Shown here in pieces: positions 1-13,833 of a DNA stretch of 64,000 nt (the first letter of the stretch is position 1; each line of letters starts with the position of its first letter). A model generated the notes under the pieces. It ran no database searches, was not told the DNA's origin, and saw only the letters and a program-made list of their open reading frames with translations. The translations under genes were made by a program, and so were the position numbers. The DNA is from the human T2T-CHM13v2.0 reference genome, Homo sapiens: NCBI RefSeq assembly GCF_009914755.1, contig NC_060932.1, one strand, 5' to 3'.

Positions 1-216
1 ACACATTTCCTGCTCTGTCAGCTAAGAGAACCTACAAGCAACAACACCACGGTAGCAATGAGCACACCTAGCACCCAGATTTGGTTTCTAATGCCATTCT
101 CCAATAGAGGGAACCAGGGTTCCTTGGGAAAACGGTGGATTCTAGGACTAAGGCAGGAAATCTACAGGTTGATCCTGGAACATCTTTTTCATGCCGGAAA
201 ATAAAGAAGTGCTCAG

Positions 217-220
<4 letters not shown>

Positions 221-255
<35 letters not shown>
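221..255. repeat. (AC)17 microsatellite
   Basis: Pure AC run. Confidence 0.97.
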
Positions 256-257
<2 letters not shown>

Positions 258-760
258 TAATGAGAGTATGTCAAAGAGCCATGGAAGTCAACTAAAAGAG
301 CTCTCAGTGGCGAAAGATGGAAAAGTCTGAACAGTAAAGTGAAGAAAGTAGTATTGGATTATAACAAAGTACAAAATAAACATCCATGAGCCCATACTGA
401 TATAAACAGATGATTGAATAAATAAATAGATGGAGGAGATAAGACAAACCTCCCATATATAAAAATTTCAAATAATTACATAAATACACCAACCTCTAAG
501 AGGGGAAATTTCAATCCCCACTCCTTAAGTGTGGCTTATGCATAGGGGCTTCCTTCCAAATAGGATAGTATGGAGAAGGGGGGAAAGGATTAATTTTATA
601 GTTGAGAAATCTGACAAACACAGCCTTGAGCAGAGTTATCAAGGTCAACATCAACAGTAATAAATCACTTAATAATGATGTACCCTCGATAAGATGTGAT
701 GAGAATGTCACTTTACCTTTGTGGTCTTCCTCCCCCGAAATCATAACCTCAGTCTAATCA

Positions 761-1080
<320 letters not shown>

Positions 1081-1721
1081 CAGACAAATTCCAAAAGAAA
1101 GACAACCTATGATATATCTGACCTGTACTCCTGAAAACAAAAACAAGGAAGGTCTGAGAAACTGTCACAGCCCAAAGGTGTCTGAGGAGACATGACAACT
1201 AAATGCAATGAATCACATGAGAAGAGATCATGGAACAGAAAAAGGATAGAAGACAAAAACTAAGAAATTGTGAATAAAATATAGACCTCAGCTAATAATC
1301 ATGTATTAACATTGATTCAATAATTAACAAATGTACCATACTAATGAAAGGTGTTACCGACAGGAAAACTGGGTACAGGCAGATGGGATCTCTACTAGCC
1401 GCAATTTTTCCATTAATCTATAACTGTTCTAAAAGTCCATTTTAAAATATATCTATGTTACCACTTCACTTTCACCTTCTAAACATCACACAAAATGTTG
1501 CTTTTGGCCAACACCAATCTGAAACTCTACAGGAAACAGAATTCTGAGAAGTAAAGCTTCAGCTGAGCTAAGTTGATGTGGTATAAAAGCCGCCACAGGT
1601 GCTTTGCTGTTCTATGTGGATCTATGTTTAATTTCATAAGTATATTGTTTAGCTATTTAAAGACTGGGAGGTTGTCCTAGGCTTTCAAGTCACATCAGAC
1701 ACTCATTACACTACTGTGTAT

Positions 1722-2051
<330 letters not shown>

Positions 2052-2559
2052 TCAGTGAAATTTACTCTGCTCAGGCTAGACCACTTACATCATTGAGAGG
2101 ACTGGTGACCATTTGGGCCCAGCTCTGCATGGTTTCTGATGCAAAGCATTCAACACACAAATAGGCTTTATCTGTTTACCAGCCCTCTCCACTGGGCACT
2201 GGGGAACAAACAAGCACTCAACAGGATCAGTGGGAAGATTTACATGACTATTGATGAGACATTGACAAGGAAGATCCAAAGTAAATAATTAAGTCATGTT
2301 TGAAACCAAAAGGCCAAAAACTTGTTAGCAACATTATTTGCCCAAAGTTTGTTTATAAATTGTTTGAAACTAAGAATACATTTTATCATGCATTATCAAA
2401 TACTAGTTTAAGAAACAAATATTTGTTGATTGCTGCTCTGTGCAAAGCAATCAACAAATTGTTTGTAGAGCTGAAACTATGAACGTGGGGAGATGAATGA
2501 GAGAGAAATTCAGGCTGCCTCTTGGTCTTTGGCTTAGTCCCAGTAAAGCCACATAGTAA

Positions 2560-3059
2560 GTTGAAAAAGACTAAAGGAAAACATGAGATGGGAAGGGGAC
2601 AGGAAACCAATAATTTTGTTTTACACAAGGTACATTTGAGATGCCTATCAAACATTCTAATAGAGTAATCAAGCAAGCAGTAAACTATACACCTGATACT
2701 TTAAAAAGTCATCAGAGATATACATTAATGAGCAGCAAATGGCTCACAACTAAAGTCATGGAACTGAATAAGGTCACCCAGGAGAGACACATAAGAAAGA
2801 AAATGGGCCCCAGATTGGAGTCTTATCACCCTCCCAAATTTAGAGGGTGTCTTAGTCCATTCACATTGCCACAAAGGAATACCTGAGGCTAGGCAATTTA
2901 TTTACTAAAGGGGTTTATTTAGCTCATGATTCTGCAGGCCGTACAAGCAGCATGGTGTCAACACTTGCTTCTGGTGAGAGTTTCAGGAAGCTTCCACTAA
3001 CAGAGGGAGGCAAAGGGCATCACATGTGAAACAAGAAGAAATGGGGAGAAAGGTAGAGG

Positions 3060-3091
<32 letters not shown>

Positions 3092-4130
3092 GATCTCCCA
3101 TGAGCTAATAGAGCAATAACTCACTCATTACCACAGGATGGCACCAAGCCATTCATGAGAGATCCACCTTCATGACCCAAACGCCTCCCACCAAGCTCCA
3201 CCTCCAACATTGAGAATCAAATTTCAACATGAGATTTGCAGGGGACAAATATCCAAACTATATCAGAGGCCAACCAACATTTAGAGGCCAAAGCAGAGAA
3301 TCAATCCAGCAAAGACAAAAAGAGTATCATTGATAGAAGACTATGAGTATGCAATGCCACGAAAGCCAAGAGGAAGGGTAAATCATGTTGAGTGATGACA
3401 AGAGCAGAGATGAGATTAGAGAAGTGCCCACAGAATTTGGCTGTGTAGAGGGTGTTGGTGACTTTGATAGCAATAGTTTCAGTGGAATAGCAGAAGTGGA
3501 AACCAAATAAATAGTATGTGTTCCTTACCAATTTGTGTTTGAATTTTTGAAAAATCACAGGAGTTTTTACTGATGGATGAGAATTTGTTTATTTATTCAT
3601 TCATCTATTGACTCTTTGCCAAGCACTGAGGTCAGAGATAGGGATTCACTGATGAATGAGGCTTCTTTCTCTGGGTGCTCCCAGGCTAACAGTGGTGACC
3701 ATAGTTATATACAAAATTGCAACAAGATGTGGTGGTAGCACCAAGGAGTGACTCATCATTGTTGCTTGGGCCCTCAGGACAGATTCGGGGGCTTGAATTT
3801 GACATACTTTGAATTCCTCCAGAGGAGATCCCAACTAGATATTTGGATCTGTGGGTCTGAATCTCCAAAGAGATACCTAGACTGGATATATTAATCTTCC
3901 CACAGACAGCATTGTGTGGGGGAGATTGCCTAGTGAAAAAGCATGTCAAGAAAAAGCATGTCAAGCTTAATGAAGAACCTTAACAAAAAAGTTTTGAGGA
4001 CATTTAAGAACAATGTAGAGGGATTCGAGCCTGCAAATGGACAGATGTTAATTCTGATTGCTGCTAAGAAGTTGAGTCAAATGAAGATTGAAAAATGAGG
4101 AGCGGATTTGGCAAATGGAAATCGTCAGGA
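2560..4130 (-). mobile_element. L2 fragments (split by MST LTR)
   Basis: tttgagatgcctatcaaacat and ttggtgactttgatagcaatagtttcagtgg are antisense L2-like motifs. Confidence 0.6.
2848..3265 (-). mobile_element. MaLR solo LTR (MSTB-like)
   Basis: TGTCTTAGTCC...CCAAACTATATCA termini; 5-bp TSD GAGGG/GAGGC. Confidence 0.88.
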
Positions 4131-4914
4131 AAACTGAAGCCATTCCTAATCTTTCCACACTAAATCTTCCAACTTACCTACACCTTTCCCCGTCTTCTTG
4201 CACTATTCTCATTGAGAGCCACATTTTAAGCCCCCATTAAAACCTAAAAAATTATATTAAGTAGAACTTCTTGATTGTCAGACTATGTTTTAAAAGGAAT
4301 TTCTTTGAGACTAAAAACAGAGCCATTTTAACTGAGCTAAAGTGGAAATAAATCAATTTGTTATGTTTGAAAAATTGGAGAAAATTGCATTAATTTAATT
4401 CACTGCTAGAACATCCCTGAGCCTATGGCCTCTGATACATAGCAGGTGATGAATTAATTAAGTGGATTATATTCCACTCTTTTCTGTATCACTTATTAAA
4501 GAAAGAAAACCACCTACACCTTTGCTCAAATTTTTGAGAGTCTATAATTATTAGGGTGTTATGCAAGGTCCCCATTGACTACAAAAGTGAGTCAGAAATT
4601 ATCTGAGTCCTCAACAGCCTGGGACCTTGTCTTGTTGGCTACCCCCTCTTATAGAGTGTCAGTCTTTCTCCTGCCTTCCCCCATGGGAAGGAGAAATGTT
4701 GGAACTCACCTTCACCTCACCTCCCTTGTCTCCTATTCTTCCCATGGAGAAAACTGCAGCAATGAGGAAGGCCCACTGCTTTCTTCCCCATGTCAGTCTA
4801 ATTAATTCCAAATATCTATTGTTTTCCTGAGCTTGCAATCCAGTCTCTATTATCAATTTCTGCATTATGATAGTCCCACATCTCCCAACCTATGTTTTTT
4901 AAATGACTGGTTTT

Positions 4915-5090
4915 GGCCAGGTGCAGTGGTTCACCCCTGTAATCCCAGCACTTTGGGAGGCTGAGGCCCAGCACTTTCAAGTAAGGAGTTTGAGGCCAGC
5001 CTGGCCAACACAGTGAAACTCTGTCTCTACTAGAAATACAAAAATTAGCCAGGTGTGGTGGCGGTTGGGAGGCTGAGGCCAGAGAATCTC
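4915..5090 (+). mobile_element. Rearranged, 3'-truncated Alu
   Basis: Left arm with internal repeat of CCCAGCACTTT; deleted right arm; no tail. Confidence 0.85.
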
Positions 5091-5135
5091 TTCCATTGTA
5101 TCCATGTGGCAAAATGCTACTAAGTGGTACACTAT

Positions 5136-5524
5136 TGCATTGGTCCATTTTGTGCTGCTATAACAGAATACTACTGCCTGAGGAATTTATAATAAACAGA
5201 AATTTATTGACTCAGTGTTCTAGAGGCTGGGAAGTCCAAGATCAAGGGGCCGGCATCTGGTGAGGGCCTTCTTGCTGTGTCATAACATGGTGAAGGGCAA
5301 AGAGAGGGCAAAAGAGAGAGAAGAGAGGGTCATACTCATCCTTTTATAGGGAAACCACTCCAGTGATAACAATTGCACTCCTGAGATAACAGCATTAGCC
5401 CATTCATGAGGGTGGTGCCCCCATGACCCAAACACCTCTCATTAGGCCCCACCTCTCAACACTGCTGCTTTGGGGATCAAGTTTCCAACACTTGAACTTT
5501 GGGGGACACATTAAAACAATAGCA
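5136..5524 (-). mobile_element. MaLR solo LTR (MSTC/MSTD-like)
   Basis: tgcattggtccattttgtgctgctataacagaata...gggggacacattaaaacaatagca. Confidence 0.85.
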
Positions 5525-5529
5525 ACACC

Positions 5530-5715
5530 TCTTTTTGACTCCTTGTTCAATAACATTGGTGCCTTGAAATTGATCATGAAATTAGCCATGGTAGGTGTAT
5601 TAACACCATAGAAATTGGCCACCACTATAAACACAAGTGGCCAACACATGTGACATTGAGTCTTTTTGGTGGGGTTGGGAAGGAATTAATTGTTGAACTT
5701 TTATCAACACCTTTC
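5530..5715. mobile_element. Possible hAT (MER63-like) fragment
   Basis: agccatggtaggtgtattaacaccatagaaattggc motif. Confidence 0.4.
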
Positions 5716-6831
5716 CCCATGTTTTTCACATCCCTTTATCGTCAACATTGGGCCACTCCTCAGGCCTTGGCTCAATTCCTGCCTCCACCATGATCACTGC
5801 TCACTGGGACTCCCTGCTGGAACTTCCATGCACTGTCTGGCCCTTGGCTAATAGTATGAGGAACATAGCACATCTTTTTACATGGCTATATATATGTTTC
5901 TTCTACCCTCCTCTAAGGAGATCGTGTGCTCTTTGAAGGCACAGGCTGCGTATAAAATAGGTGTTCAACAAAAACTTGCTAAATGGAAATTTGCAAATGA
6001 AACTTCCTAGGTAAGATGATCCTGCCCTAGTTCCAAAGGAACTTCTGTCAAAGGAAGAAAAAGATAGATACTGACCAAGCTAAATGCAAAAGTTTCTCTT
6101 TATGTGACTAAATATTACCAATTTGAAATGCAGTTGTCCTTAGGTATGTAGAGAGTCACTCTGATGCTCCTTCCAATGAGTGTAAATTGTGCCAAGTGTT
6201 TCTTCTTTTTATTCTTGCCAAAGTGATTCTTGATTTAGAACTTCATGAAGATGGATTTCTAGTTGATTTCTAAAAGGAGGGGAAAAGCACCCCAGCCAAG
6301 CAGCTGGAGCCGGGTGCAGCAGTGCCCAGGCTGACCCAGCAAACTGATACCTTGCAGGGGAGCAGCTGGTGGGGGAAGAGGCATGGAAGGAAGGCTGGCT
6401 GTGTGAGGGGAAAACAACTCTCTGGGAAGAAAAGTAGCTCCAACCACAAGTGACATTTGGTATTTGCAAAGAAAGCAGCCATAGACAGGAGATCACAGCT
6501 GGTTTGACTTACAAATAACAAATCCAATCCTGTTTCTTGCAGGTTGTCTTCTCTCTGTAAACACAGACGAAGCAGTCCACAGATGCAGGTTCAAATTACC
6601 CTCATGTTCCAGAGCTTGGTGTGGAGGCCTTAGGGCTGGGGGATGTGGGGGGTGGTTCAGAAGAGTTACTGGATGGAGTGAAAACAAGGAGGGAAAGATT
6701 ACTCTGCCATCCTTCTCACTGGCTTTTCCCTATAGACTCCAGGGCAATGCACTGAGAGGAGGGAATAGCATCAAAGAAGAAAAATCCAGGTGGAAGTGAT
6801 GGTTAGGGGAATGAGGAGCTGACGCTGATCA

Positions 6832-7277
<446 letters not shown>

Positions 7278-8699
7278 CTAATGAGTGTTTCTGGCCCAGA
7301 CAGTGTCTGTGCTGCTCCACAGAGATGCTTGTTTTGACAGCTCCCCAAGATGCTGGCCACTGCCAAATGCATCCTGTGAAACCACTTACTGCATTTGTTT
7401 GGCTTTTCCTCTTTTTTTCTGATGGGGTTCAGAGAGGGATGGAACTGGCCTTCAGCCAAAATGACCCACTGTAGGTAGGAAAAGCGAATCAGAAGAGCAG
7501 GCGCCACAAGCAACCAGGACTCGTTTCCTAAACTTACAGAGCAAGCAAATACGGACTGCCCATCCCTGTTTCTAGAGACCAGATCCACACTTCCACCAAA
7601 TTCTTCTCAAAAGACAGCTGATTTGGAAGCTGCACATATCCAGCTTCAGAGAGAGGAATTCTTCCCATTTTTCTTTTCCCCACTGGCCCCATAACTCTCA
7701 AGACCAAGTGGAGTAATTCCACTCACTTTTAGTCAGGGGTATAACTGCATCGGAAATTTGCTTTGGGAAATCCTGGATTCCTATGTGACACCTGAGAATT
7801 TGTCAGTCTCTTGGAAGGAATAAACAAATTTCCCGTACAAGGTCAATCCTGTTGACCTCTGTGCTTCCCCAGGAACAGGCTGCAGCAGACCTTCCTCATT
7901 GCATGTGTCCCTTTCCAGCTCGATGACTGCCTCCCACTGGCTCCCAAGGCAACAGACTGGCCTTGCTAGTGCCTCCCGAGCTTTGTGACTCTAGGGGAGG
8001 CTGGCTGGCGCCCTGGAATCCTCCTGCATTGTCCAGAGCACCATCTGGCTAGGAGGTTTATCGCCTGCTATTATCTCAGCGTTCCTGGATGCAGCTTACA
8101 TCTATTAATTCCTTATCTTGTCATCATGGGCTAAATGAAAGCATCCTCCACCAAGCTTCCTCCCTTCGGAACAAAAATCTTTTACCTCTTGTTCACCCCC
8201 ACGTAGTTGGCTGCTGTATGTTTCCAAGGATTTCTTTTCTTGCTTCCTGTGAAGTACTCTGGTCTAAAGAGCCCCCAGAGAGTCTTCCCAGGCAAAGGCC
8301 TTAAGAAAATGAGGGCTCAATGGCTGTTCCCATGTGGTGTGTTTGAGGCCCACTGGGTGAATGCCTCAACTCCAGAGTGAGTCTCCTGGGGCCACCTTGG
8401 GGTCTAAATATCTTCCATTCCAGCGTCAATATTTTGGGCCTGGAACATTTCCCCAACTTTAGGAGGCCCCTTTTTAAACTGCAAAGAGGTTAGGAGGGGC
8501 AACCTTGAAGCAGCAGGACACAAGGGTCTATGGAACTGGGGCATGAGCAGAGTGAGTTTCCTAGATTAGAGGAGACCAGAAGGCCAGAGACCAGCGGGAG
8601 GCTGGAGGTGTGCTGGAAAGGTTTTCACGCTGTGATGTCCAAAACCTAGAGAGAGAATAGTCGAGCCTAGACCATCCACTTCTCTTGCCTCCTTCCTCA

Positions 8700-8980
8700 G
8701 GGCAGGCAGGGGGGTGAGAGTGAGGAGCATGGTGGCCCTTTCTGTGCTCAGGAGGAAAAGGGCTGTATTCATCTCATCAGGATGTCGTCTCCAGAGACCA
8801 AGAGAAAGAGGAGAATATCACTTCCAGATTTTTCTTTCTAGGCACAAGGATACATTTCCTCTTAATCCCCTCAGCCAACTTCCCCTCTGGTCTCATTGCC
8901 TGACATTAGGTCACTTGTCCCCTAGAGCTGCCACTAGTGAGTAGAGGGAGATGGTGGATGGGTTAGACCACCTGGAGTAG
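8700..8980 (-). mobile_element. Old MLT1 (I/J/K-like) LTR fragment
   Basis: ctcattgcctgacattaggtcacttgtcccctagagctg-like motif. Confidence 0.35.
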
Positions 8981-9694
8981 ATGGGGCTGATCCCCTCACA
9001 GCTCCTTCTTCAGACCTAGAGTTCCTACAGGGCAGTCATTCAATTATGCTTTTATCCTCATCATACCACTGAAACTTATCTTGTAAGGTCACCAGGGACC
9101 CCCACTGTCCTAAGGCCGCAACTTTTTTGATCTATCACCCAATTTTGGCACAGTTGATCACTCCTCTGTTTTGAAACCTTCCTCCACCTGGCTTCCAGGA
9201 CACCACTCTCTCTCGTTCTCTTTCTCTCCCACTGGCCACTCCCTCTCTGTTTCCTTTGCTGGGTCCTCTTCATCTTCCTCACCTATAAATGACACAGTGT
9301 CCAGGATTCTGTCATCAGACCTCTTTTCTTTATCTTCATTCTACTCTCAAGGTGATCCGATCAGGTAACAGGTCTTTAAATATGATCTAACTGTCATGAT
9401 TTCCAAATTCATATCTCCAACGCAACTGCTCCCTTAATTCCAGACTTAGAAATCGACCACTCAGTATCTCACATGGGTGTTACAGGCATCTCAAGCTGGA
9501 ACGGCCAATACGTGGCTTTACCTTCAGAATCTATTCAGACTCCAGTCAGATCCTGCATTTCCACAACTTCCAGCGCCCAGCGTCTTCCACCTGAGGTACT
9601 GCAGAAGCCGTATCACTCCCTCTCCTTTCACCCCTACTTCCTACGGCCAATTTCCTGCACAGCAACCAGAGTGAACCTTCTAAAATGTAACTCA

Positions 9695-9913
9695 GGCCGG
9701 GCGCGGTTGCTCAAGCCTGTAATCCCAGCACTTTGGGAGGTGAGGCAGGCGGATCACTTGAGGTCAGGAGTTCGAGACCAGCCTGGCCAACATGGTGAAA
9801 CCCTGTCTCTACTAAAAATACAAAAATTAGCGGGCGTGGTGGCGGATGCCACTCCAGCCTGGGTGACAGAGCAAGACTCCGTCTCAAAAAATTAATAATA
9901 ACAAAAAATAAAA
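9695..9913 (+). mobile_element. AluS with ~100-bp deletion in the right arm
   Basis: GTGGCGGATGC joined to CACTCCAGCC; TSD aaatgtaactca/aacataactca. Confidence 0.92.
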
Positions 9914-10158
9914 CATAACTCAGATCATGTTACTCTTTTGCTCAAAATCCTCTAAAGACTTCTCACCTCACATAGAATGAAGCCAAAATCATTACAAGTG
10001 GCCCGTAGAAATGCTGGAAGGAAGTGAGGGCATGTCATACAGACATCCAGGGACAGAAGAGCACCGAGTGCGCAGCCGCAAGGAGGGGATGCGCTAGCAT
10101 GTTTCCGGAACGGCCAGGACCCTACTCTTCTCTCGGACTTCCTTTCCTACCACTCACC

Positions 10159-10616
10159 TGTACTGGCTTGGATAGTGTTCCCTAAAATTCAGGATGTGAC
10201 TTTAACCAGGATGTGACCCAGAACCTCAGAATGTGACCTTAATTGAAAATGGACCGATGTAATTTGTTAAGTGTCAAGATGGGATCACACTGGATTGGGG
10301 TGATTGCTAAATCCAATGACTAGTGTCCTTATAGGAAGAGATAAGGACCCACAGGGAAACACAGAAGACGCCAGGGGAACACAGAGGTGGGTAGAGATTG
10401 GGGTTGTGCTGCTGCAAGCCAAGGAGTGCTTGGGGACACGCTTGCTGGAAAAGGCAAGGAAGGACTCTCCCCTAGAGCTTTCAGAGGGAGTGTGGCCCTG
10501 CAGGCACCTTGATTTCAGTCTTCCAGACCTTAGAACTGTAGGAGAATACATTTCCATTGTTTTAAACCACCGAATTTATGGTAATTTGTTACAGGAGCCC
10601 TAAGAAACTTGTATAC
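10159..10616 (+). mobile_element. MLT1C-like solo LTR
   Basis: gaacctcagaatgtgacctt...ggtaatttgttacag...aaac. Confidence 0.85.
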
Positions 10617-11344
10617 CCTCTCTTCCTCATTTGGCTCCAGCCACACAGATCTCCTTAAATTCCCCATGTGAATATGGAAGATGCTGGCAGGATTATATCA
10701 AAATGTGAGGAGTGTGAACCTGTGTAACTTTTTGCAAATCCCTTGACCACTGTGAGCCTCGCACATTTTCTTTGTATAGAAGACAAGGTAATCTCGAGGT
10801 TTCTCAATTCTAAGGACGGAGAATTCTCCTAATCAATGATATTGCCTGCCTCAAATCAGTGGAGTGAAAACAATTCTCATTAGACAACCTTGGATTTCTC
10901 CACAACCAGGAGATCTGCCCCAGATGTGTGCAATGGAAAAATTCTCACCTCATCAGACACCTGAATGCCACAGGGAAGCTGCTGGAGCTAGACCAGTCCC
11001 TGGAAAGAAATGCAGTCCACATTTACTTAACAAAACTTTACAATCCTGTGCATGCTCCTACCATGGTATCAACAGCCATTCCTAATCAGCATTTCTTAAT
11101 GGGAATGGGCTCTTAATGTGATGCAAACCACTTACACATGGAACCAGGAAATACAGCAAGCGAATCTCTTCAGTTACAGGCTTGTTATGCAACTCTGCTT
11201 TCCAAGAGCCAAATCTTCTGACTGGGGACTCAGTTCTGGACATCCTTTAATTTAATGGATGCCTCCCTCCAGACATGCTACTGATAGTTGTTCTGTGTTG
11301 TCCAACAGCTTGTAATTAGTTCGCAGGGTTGGGGACGTGGGGAG

Positions 11345-11490
11345 TAATCACAGCATTTTAGAGCCAGAAAAGTGATCTCAAACCTATCCCTCTTGCTTTA
11401 CAAGGAAACTGTCGAGGCCCAAATTGCTAAGTTATCTGCCCAGGTACAATGAAAATGAGATTGGAAGAGACCCATCTCCATTCCCAGGAG
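11345..11490 (-). mobile_element. MIR fragment
   Basis: acaaggaaactg...aagttatctgcccagg. Confidence 0.45.
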
Positions 11491-13087
11491 CACTCCCTTA
11501 CACCTCATCCTCGGTGTAAGCTTCCTGTATGTTCTGGATTGAAAAGGGATTTTCTAATCTGTGCTTTTTGCTTTGGAGCTGTTTCTTCTGCCCCTCCAAT
11601 GGGGAAGCTGCTGATTTTGCATGGAGCCACCTTCTGTCTTCTAAACCACAGAAGTTAAGTTTGCAAGATTCTTTTTCTTTTCTTTTTTTATGGCTCTTCA
11701 AAGACAGAAAACAATAACCATTTCCAATCTGATCCAAGACCACAAGATTGTTTTTAATTCCATTCATCAGTATCTCATTCACCCCAAGAGACTATGGGAT
11801 GTTTCCATATTCACATAATGGGCTCATCATTTTAAGCTCCGTAGGGCCCTCTTTGACATGGTGACAATTATGTTTCCCTGTGTGCTTCCAAGTTTACTGT
11901 AAAGGCCAACAAGGTCTCAGACACCCAGAAAACATACTTTTTAAGTTTTTATAAAGTCTATAAAATTGTAATTGGATCAAACTTTGCATTCAAAAGCACA
12001 TTCTTCAGGAATATTTTATATGCACATAAAACATAGAGAAAATGTTAACATTATGATCTTAACTGTTTGCACATTGGAACCGGCTAAAAGTAGGAAAATG
12101 CAATCCATCTGTTCTCTCCTTTGAAACTAGATGATTCTGAGAGCACAAAAGAATGCCTCAGGGGAGTTTGACACTGCCTTCTCCCAACTCCTGTTATCAA
12201 GTGAAGTGGGGAAGGAAGGGTGGTCTCACTGGAAGTAACTTCTTTGCCATCTCTCTCTACACACAAGGTGTGGCCAGTCCAGGAGCCTTGGCTGTGAGGG
12301 CGAATCCTCCACCAGATTGGGCAGAGAAAGGGATGGTCCTGTGGTCCCCATGGCCCAGGCTGTGGCCTCGAGTGCCTGGAGCACTGCTGGGAGTCATTTC
12401 ACCTGTCCTGGCTCCCAGCACCAGCCTTGTTCTTGAGGGGTGTGGGGATGGGGAAATCAGGTTTTGCTATGGTGCTTAAGGCTTGTTTGTTCAAGACTAT
12501 CCATTAGGCGTTTATTAGCCTTCATTATGGAGTGCTAGCAGCCTAATTAGTTCAAGCTGAGTGGGGGGCAGCAGAGGGAAAGGGGAAATGAGGGAAAAAC
12601 ATGATCAACAGCTGACATTTGCTTTCCCAGGGAACCCTGTCACTCCGCTCCCTTGTTTTATCTGTTAGCACAGCAAATTAGACCCCTTATTATCACATTT
12701 GCAAAGTGCTTGGCGCACAAGAGAGAAAAAACCTGGAAAGGGAAAGAATTAAAGAGCCGAGCATGTTGAGAAGAGAGGTTGCCCTCCTCCAAGGACACCT
12801 TTCTCCCTAGAGAACCAAGCCCATTTCCCCAACTGCACTCCCGTACCTCTTGGGATCTGCCCCTCAGGACCAAGCCAAATGCAAAGAGGAGATTCCCTTG
12901 GAGTCTTGGGTGGGAAGGATTAGACAGTATCGAGAAACTGTCCTGGGAAAGCCACCAGATCCCAGTCATCCCCATCTTCCCCTGGAGGAAATTCCACAGT
13001 CAGAGAAATTCTTAGACAGGAGTTTTGACTGAAGTCAGTGCAACACAAGAGCACAGAGGATGTTCTCCGTCATTGATAAAACTAGAG

Positions 13088-13252
13088 CAGTTCTCAGTTT
13101 TCATTATGCATGAGTCACCTTGGATACCTGTTAAAATGCAGACTCCTGGGCCCCATCCCGGATCCAATTGTCTCTGAAAGTGGTGCCCAGGGATCTGCAA
13201 TTTAACAACACCCATAGGTATCTTATGAATGACACATTAAGAAAGGGTGCTG
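13088..13252. mobile_element. MER5A (hAT-Charlie)
   Basis: cagttctc...ttaaaatgcagactcctgggccccatccc...gcccagggatctgcaatttaaca. Confidence 0.8.
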
Positions 13253-13728
13253 CGGAATAAATTGCTTGATAAATATTTCATTCACCATACAGCGTCTACA
13301 GAGTTCCTACCGTGAAGAAGATACAGAGAAGTACTTAGGTGTAAGGGGCTGAAATGGGGTGGAGCCCTAGAGGAGAGGAGATCAGGGAACTTAGAAACCC
13401 GCGGGTCGGAGGATCACCAAGTTCACAGTTTACCAGAAGGGTCAATCAAGGAAACATATAGTCACCACACCAGCCGCAGTGTCACCAGCCCCGGTGCCAC
13501 ATCAGTGCAAGGTGGGGGGCATGGAAGCATGTGGGGTGGGTCTGTGATCCCATCTTAGAGGACAGGGAAGTTTCCCCAGAAAAGATAACATCTAACGTGG
13601 GAACTGAAGAGAGAAGTTGGTCAAGAAAGGGAGTCCTGTGGATAAAGATTCTAGGCAGAATGTATAACTCGTGCATAGCTCCAGAAGGGAGAGACCGGCC
13701 AGTGAATCTGGGTCTTGAAAATGGCTCA

Positions 13729-13833
13729 GAGCCCAGGAGTTCAAGGCTGCAGTGATCTGTGACTACACCACTGCACTCCAGCCTGGGCAACAGAGCGAGA
13801 CCCCGACTCAAAAAAAAAAAAAAAAAAAAAAAA
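13729..13833 (+). mobile_element. AluJ/FRAM 3' fragment with A24
   Basis: GAGCCCAGGAGTTCAAGGCTGCAGTGA...GAGACCCC. Confidence 0.9.

Larger units (their letters stand above)
9040..10660 (+). mobile_element. L2 ORF2/3' region, interrupted by Alu and MLT1
   Basis: cacagttgatcactcctc...ggcttccaggacaccactctc; gctccagccacac. Confidence 0.75.

Noticed and set aside
3936-3965. 15-bp tandem duplication AAAAAGCATGTCAAG as a p53 element
   Set aside because: Both half-sites are mismatched and separated by 5 bp; simple slippage explains it
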